64,000 bases of DNA from the NCBI GenBank assembly GCA_963775225.1, contig CAVZHW010000002.1, positions 211,909 through 275,908 of the forward strand. The letters are read 5' to 3'. Shown here one piece after another: positions 60,738 through 64,000 of this stretch. The position numbers and the translations under genes are program-made. The notes beneath the pieces were generated by a model. That model saw only the letters and a program-made list of their open reading frames with translations, was not told the origin of the DNA and did not search any database. This stretch comes from an uncultured Chloroflexia bacterium (GTDB lineage: Bacteria; Chloroflexota; Limnocylindria; Limnocylindrales; CSP1-4). Position 1 is the first letter of the stretch. Each line of letters begins with the position of its first letter.

Positions 60738-62410
60738 CCGCCCGCGATTTCACCGCGCGCTTCGGGCCTACCGCGGGCGACCGCATCCGGGTCGCCGACT
60801 CGGATCTGTGGCTGCGCGTCGAGGAGGACCGCCAGGCGCACGGCGACGAACCAATTTGGGGCTACGGCAAGACGATCCGCCTGCGCGAGGCCCAATCGGA
60901 AGCGGCCGACCCCAGCGAACTCGACACGATTCTGATCGGCGCGGTGATCGTGGACCCCGTGCTGGGCGTGCTGAAGGCGGACATCGGCATCAAGGACGGC
61001 TGGATCGTCGGCATCGGCAGGGCGGGCAATCCGGCGATCAGCGACGGCATCGACCTGGCCATCGGGCCGCACACCGAGCCGATCATCGCCTATGGCCTGA
61101 TCGCGACGCCCGGCGCGGTCGACAGCCACGTCCACCTGATCACGCCCGAACTCATTCCCACCGCGCTCGCCGCCGGCGTGACGACGCTCATCACCGCCGG
61201 CTTCGAGGAGCCACCGTGGGCCATGGAACGAACGCTACGCTCGTTCGAGGACTGGCCGATCAACCTGGGCCTGCAGGCGAACGCCCGGGCGGCAGCCGAT
61301 TCGACGCTCGATGCGCTGCTCGACGCAGGTGCCGTGGGCTTCAAGATCCACGAGGATTACGGCGCGTATCCGGAGCTGATCGATGCCGTGCTGCGCTACG
61401 CCGACGCGCACGATGTCAGCGTCTCGCTGCACACCGACGGGCTCAACGAGGCGGCCGAGCTCGAGGACACGGTCGCCGCCATCGCCGGGCGGACGGTCCA
61501 CGCTTACCACGTCGAGGGCGCCGGCGGCGGACACGTGCCGGACGTCATCGGCCTGGTCCGCTACGCCAACATCATCTGCTCCTCGACCACGCCGACCATC
61601 CCCTTTGGCGTTAACGCGGTGGCCGAGCACCTGCCCATGACCATCCTCAACCACGGCCTGACCTTCGATCTGGCGGAGGACCTGGAGCTGGCGCACGAGC
61701 GCGTGCGTGCCTCGACTATGGCGGCGGAGGGCCCGCTCCACGAGCTCGGCGCAATCGCGATCACCAACAGCAATTCGCAGGGCATGGGTCGCATTGGCGA
61801 GACGCTGCGCCGCACGCTGCAGCTTGCCCACGTCATGAAGGGCTGGGCGGCCGACCATCCCGACCTCGCGCCGGCCACAAACGCCGCGGACGACAACGCG
61901 CGTGTGCTGCGCTACCTGGCCAAGTGCACCATCGAGCCGGCCATCACCCACGGCATCGCCGAGCACGTCGGTTCGCTGCAACCCGGCCGGCTGGCCGACA
62001 TCGTGCTCTGGAAGCCAGGCTGGCTGGGCGTCAAGCCGGAGGTCGTCTTCAAGTCGGGCTACCCGGCGTGGGGCTCGTACGGCGAGGGCAACGCGACCGT
62101 CGAGTGGGCCGAGCCGCGCCGTCTGCGGCCGGGCTGGGGCGGCCATGGCTTGGCACCGGCGGTCATTTCGGTAACTTTCGTCTCCGGGACGCTGGATACG
62201 GTCGAGTTCGCCATGCGACTTGGCAGCCGGCGAACCTTCCTGCCGGTTCGCCACACGCGCGGACTTACACGCGCCGACCTTGCCCTGAACACCGCCACGG
62301 CGGACATCGAGGTCAACCCGCTCACAGGCGAGGTGACCCTCGACGGCCGCGTTTTCGCCGTCGAGCCGGCCGGCGAACTACCGCTCAACCGCCGCTATTT
62401 CCTGCGCTGA
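60734..62410 (+). CDS. ureC: Urease alpha-subunit homolog (divergent)
   Basis: Conserved blocks: FGPTAGDRIRVADSDLW, AVDSHVHLI, GFKIHEDYG, SLHTDGLNE, HAYHVEGAGGGH, RYFLR. The block that is SSDSQAMGR in canonical ureases reads NSNSQGMGR here. Confidence 0.8.
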   Translation: MTARDFTARFGPTAGDRIRVADSDLWLRVEEDRQAHGDEPIWGYGKTIRLREAQSEAADPSELDTILIGAVIVDPVLGVLKADIGIKDGWIVGIGRAGNPAISDGIDLAIGPHTEPIIAYGLIATPGAVDSHVHLITPELIPTALAAGVTTLITAGFEEPPWAMERTLRSFEDWPINLGLQANARAAADSTLDALLDAGAVGFKIHEDYGAYPELIDAVLRYADAHDVSVSLHTDGLNEAAELEDTVAAIAGRTVHAYHVEGAGGGHVPDVIGLVRYANIICSSTTPTIPFGVNAVAEHLPMTILNHGLTFDLAEDLELAHERVRASTMAAEGPLHELGAIAITNSNSQGMGRIGETLRRTLQLAHVMKGWAADHPDLAPATNAADDNARVLRYLAKCTIEPAITHGIAEHVGSLQPGRLADIVLWKPGWLGVKPEVVFKSGYPAWGSYGEGNATVEWAEPRRLRPGWGGHGLAPAVISVTFVSGTLDTVEFAMRLGSRRTFLPVRHTRGLTRADLALNTATADIEVNPLTGEVTLDGRVFAVEPAGELPLNRRYFLR

Positions 62411-62682
62411 GGTCGCTGCCCGGACTTGCGACGCCCACCGCCTGGCAGGCGCGGGCAAGCGTCAAGTCTCCACGCCCAGGGTCCTCTTCAGCCGGGTAGC
62501 ACCCACGAAGGCCAGAACGTTCTTCCGGGCGTATCCCGCGTTGATTCGCGCGGGAGGGCCGATTGCAGCCTTGGAATAGTCCTCGTGGCGATTTCATCCG
62601 GGACGTGTGGTCCGTGGAAATCCATCGGCTCGCTAACCCACGCTTTACCGAGTCACGCGACTCTTGCATTGGGAGGTGAGAA

Positions 62683-63060
62683 GTGAGCGCAACCGTAGTC
62701 AACCGCCTGTGGCAATGGCCGAGCTTTGCCTGGGCAGGTGTCGTCGCCTCAGTCATTGCGTGGGCGTGGGTCTGGCTCCGGGTGGGCGGGGCGAGTGTTG
62801 TCATGCTGTTTCTTGCCATAGCCGCGGCCGTCTTCGTGTATCGCGGCACTGCCGGGATGCGCACTGCGTTGGCTGGCCTCCTGTTGGCCGCCCTGGCCAT
62901 GCTCCTCGCGAGCCTCTACCTTGCGCTCCAGCTGCTCCTCCAGGGCAGCCCCGCCATCACGCCAGCGGACGTGCTAACAGAGTCGGTGTTCCCGATGGTT
63001 GCCGCCGTCTTCCTGGCCCTCGGTGCCGTGGCCGGCCTTCGCCATGTGCGTGTCAGCTGA
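62683..63060 (+). CDS. Small integral membrane protein (4 TM), hypothetical
   Basis: The GTG start is preceded by GGGAGGTGAGAA. Four hydrophobic helices are present. No family recognised. Confidence 0.55.
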   Translation: MSATVVNRLWQWPSFAWAGVVASVIAWAWVWLRVGGASVVMLFLAIAAAVFVYRGTAGMRTALAGLLLAALAMLLASLYLALQLLLQGSPAITPADVLTESVFPMVAAVFLALGAVAGLRHVRVS

Positions 63061-63189
63061 CCAAGCTGGTTCTGTCGCCAACATCTGGCGACACTCGTCG
63101 GGCCCCGGGGTTGCGCGCCCGGTGGGCCAAGTCGCGCAGGTAGCGCCCGGTCGATCGGCAGCGTCTAGGCCAGCCTGCGTGGCCGAGAC

Positions 63190-63305
63190 TTGATGCGCGC
63201 AGGGCATCGAGAAGCGTCGATTCCCCCGGCAATCCTGAGCGCAACCGCCAGTCCGGAGCGACTCTTGTGCGTGAATCGGCCGGCAGCGATGCTGTGCCCG
63301 CATCG
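63190..63305 (+). repeat. Rod-hairpin intergenic repeat element, copy 7
   Basis: TTGATGCGCGCAGGGCATCGAGAAGCGTCGATTCCCCCGGCAATCC...GAATCGGCCGGCAGCGATGCTGTGCCCGCATC. It has the same 5' end and the same GATTCCC...GAATCGGC..GCGATGCT layout. The 3' terminal repeat is degraded. Confidence 0.7.
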
Positions 63306-63444
63306 CTGCCCCGGCTAGCGTTCACGCACCCGCGCAGGCTGCTCGATATTTGACACAGACCTCTGTGAGCCATGCTCAGGGGAGGCGGTGCAGGGTATCC
63401 TGTGCCCGTGCGGGGACGAGCACCGCAGCTGCGAAGGAGACGAC

Positions 63445-64000
63445 ATGGCACGCGCGATGTGGCGCGGCGCGATCCAGTTCGGTCTGGTGACCGTGCCGGT
63501 CAAGCTGTACCTGGCGACCGAGTCGCGGGGTGGGCTGAGCTTTCATCTGCTGCACCGCGAGGACATGCAGCGCATCCAGATGAAGGTCCATTGCCCCATC
63601 CACGGGGAGATCCCGCGCAGCGAGACGGTGCGCGGCTACGAGTACAGCAAGGGCCAGTACGTGATCGTCGACGAGTCCGACTTCGAGTCCGTCCCGCTCA
63701 AGACCGTCCGTGCGATCGAGATCGAGACGTTCGTCGTCGCCGATGCCGAGGACAACGGCACCCGCTTCGTGAAGCAGGCCTACTACCTCGAGCCGGAGGC
63801 AATCGGGCGCAAGGCTTTCTACCTGTTGAAGTCGGTCCTTGCCGAGGAGGGTCTCAGCGCGATCTGCAAGATCGTGCTCAAGGATCGCGAGGCGCTCGCC
63901 GCGCTCAATCCGTACTCCAACACGATGTTGCTCTCAACGCTCTACTGGCCGGACGAGGTGCGCTCGACGGCGGAGCTCGACCTGCCCGCCGAGGAGTTCG
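63445..64000 (+). CDS. ku: Ku protein (non-homologous end joining); 3' end truncated by the window edge
   Basis: Not in the ORF track because it runs off the window. ATG at 63445 lies behind GAAGGAGA. The sequence is MARAMWRGAIQFGLVTVPVKLYLATES...GYEYSKGQYV...IEIETFV, the hallmark bacterial Ku N-terminus. Confidence 0.9.
   Translation, partial: MARAMWRGAIQFGLVTVPVKLYLATESRGGLSFHLLHREDMQRIQMKVHCPIHGEIPRSETVRGYEYSKGQYVIVDESDFESVPLKTVRAIEIETFVVADAEDNGTRFVKQAYYLEPEAIGRKAFYLLKSVLAEEGLSAICKIVLKDREALAALNPYSNTMLLSTLYWPDEVRSTAELDLPAEEF

Noticed and set aside
62532-62640. Possible eighth, degenerate copy of the hairpin repeat (TTGATTCGCGCGGGAGGGCCGATTGCAGCCTTGGAATAG...).
   Set aside because: Only the first 35 nt or so resemble the family's 5' end. 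No matching 3' terminal inverted repeat was seen. This is too weak to call without a formal alignment.

Overview
This is a high-GC (about 70%) bacterial chromosomal segment with actinobacterial or Chloroflexi-like codon usage. It is densely coded, with about 50 supportable genes. No rRNA, tRNA or CRISPR array was seen. Many long ORFs in the six-frame track are antisense or out-of-frame artefacts of the GC content and were not called.

Housekeeping genes:
- metH
- carA and carB
- lhr helicase
- an M16 peptidase pair
- ku, truncated at the 3' window edge

Accessory content:
1. Two tandem cassettes, each a TasA/camelysin-like secreted subunit plus a SipW-like (S26) signal peptidase. One peptidase is fused to a C-terminal repeat domain of about 600 aa. 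A PKD/PT-linker protein lies next to them.
2. A cyanophycin locus with cphA and cphB, plus a convergent CphA paralog that keeps the N-terminal and Mur-ligase (M) parts but lacks the ATP-grasp domain.
3. An intact IS21-family element (istA and istB) with terminal inverted repeats and a 6-bp target duplication.
4. A family of about 110-135-nt rod-hairpin intergenic repeats. At least 7 copies are present, all in the same orientation. Several are embedded in composite arrays with locus-specific short tandem repeats.
5. A three-gene operon with overlapping stop and start codons: Phd/YefM-type antitoxin, VapC (PIN) toxin, and a stand-alone Pnkp-like polynucleotide-kinase P-loop protein.
6. An orphan ureAB-ureC pair with no accessory genes in the window and an apparent Asp-to-Asn change at a nickel-ligand position.
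7. Three paralogous ABC-2-type ATPase and permease modules. One is linked to a VanY-like peptidase. Another is linked to a NarL-type two-component system whose histidine kinase is frameshifted.
8. Several secreted proteases (S8 twice, S53, M20) and a PrsW-like membrane protein flanked by zinc ribbons.

All functional calls come from reading motifs by eye. No database search was run.
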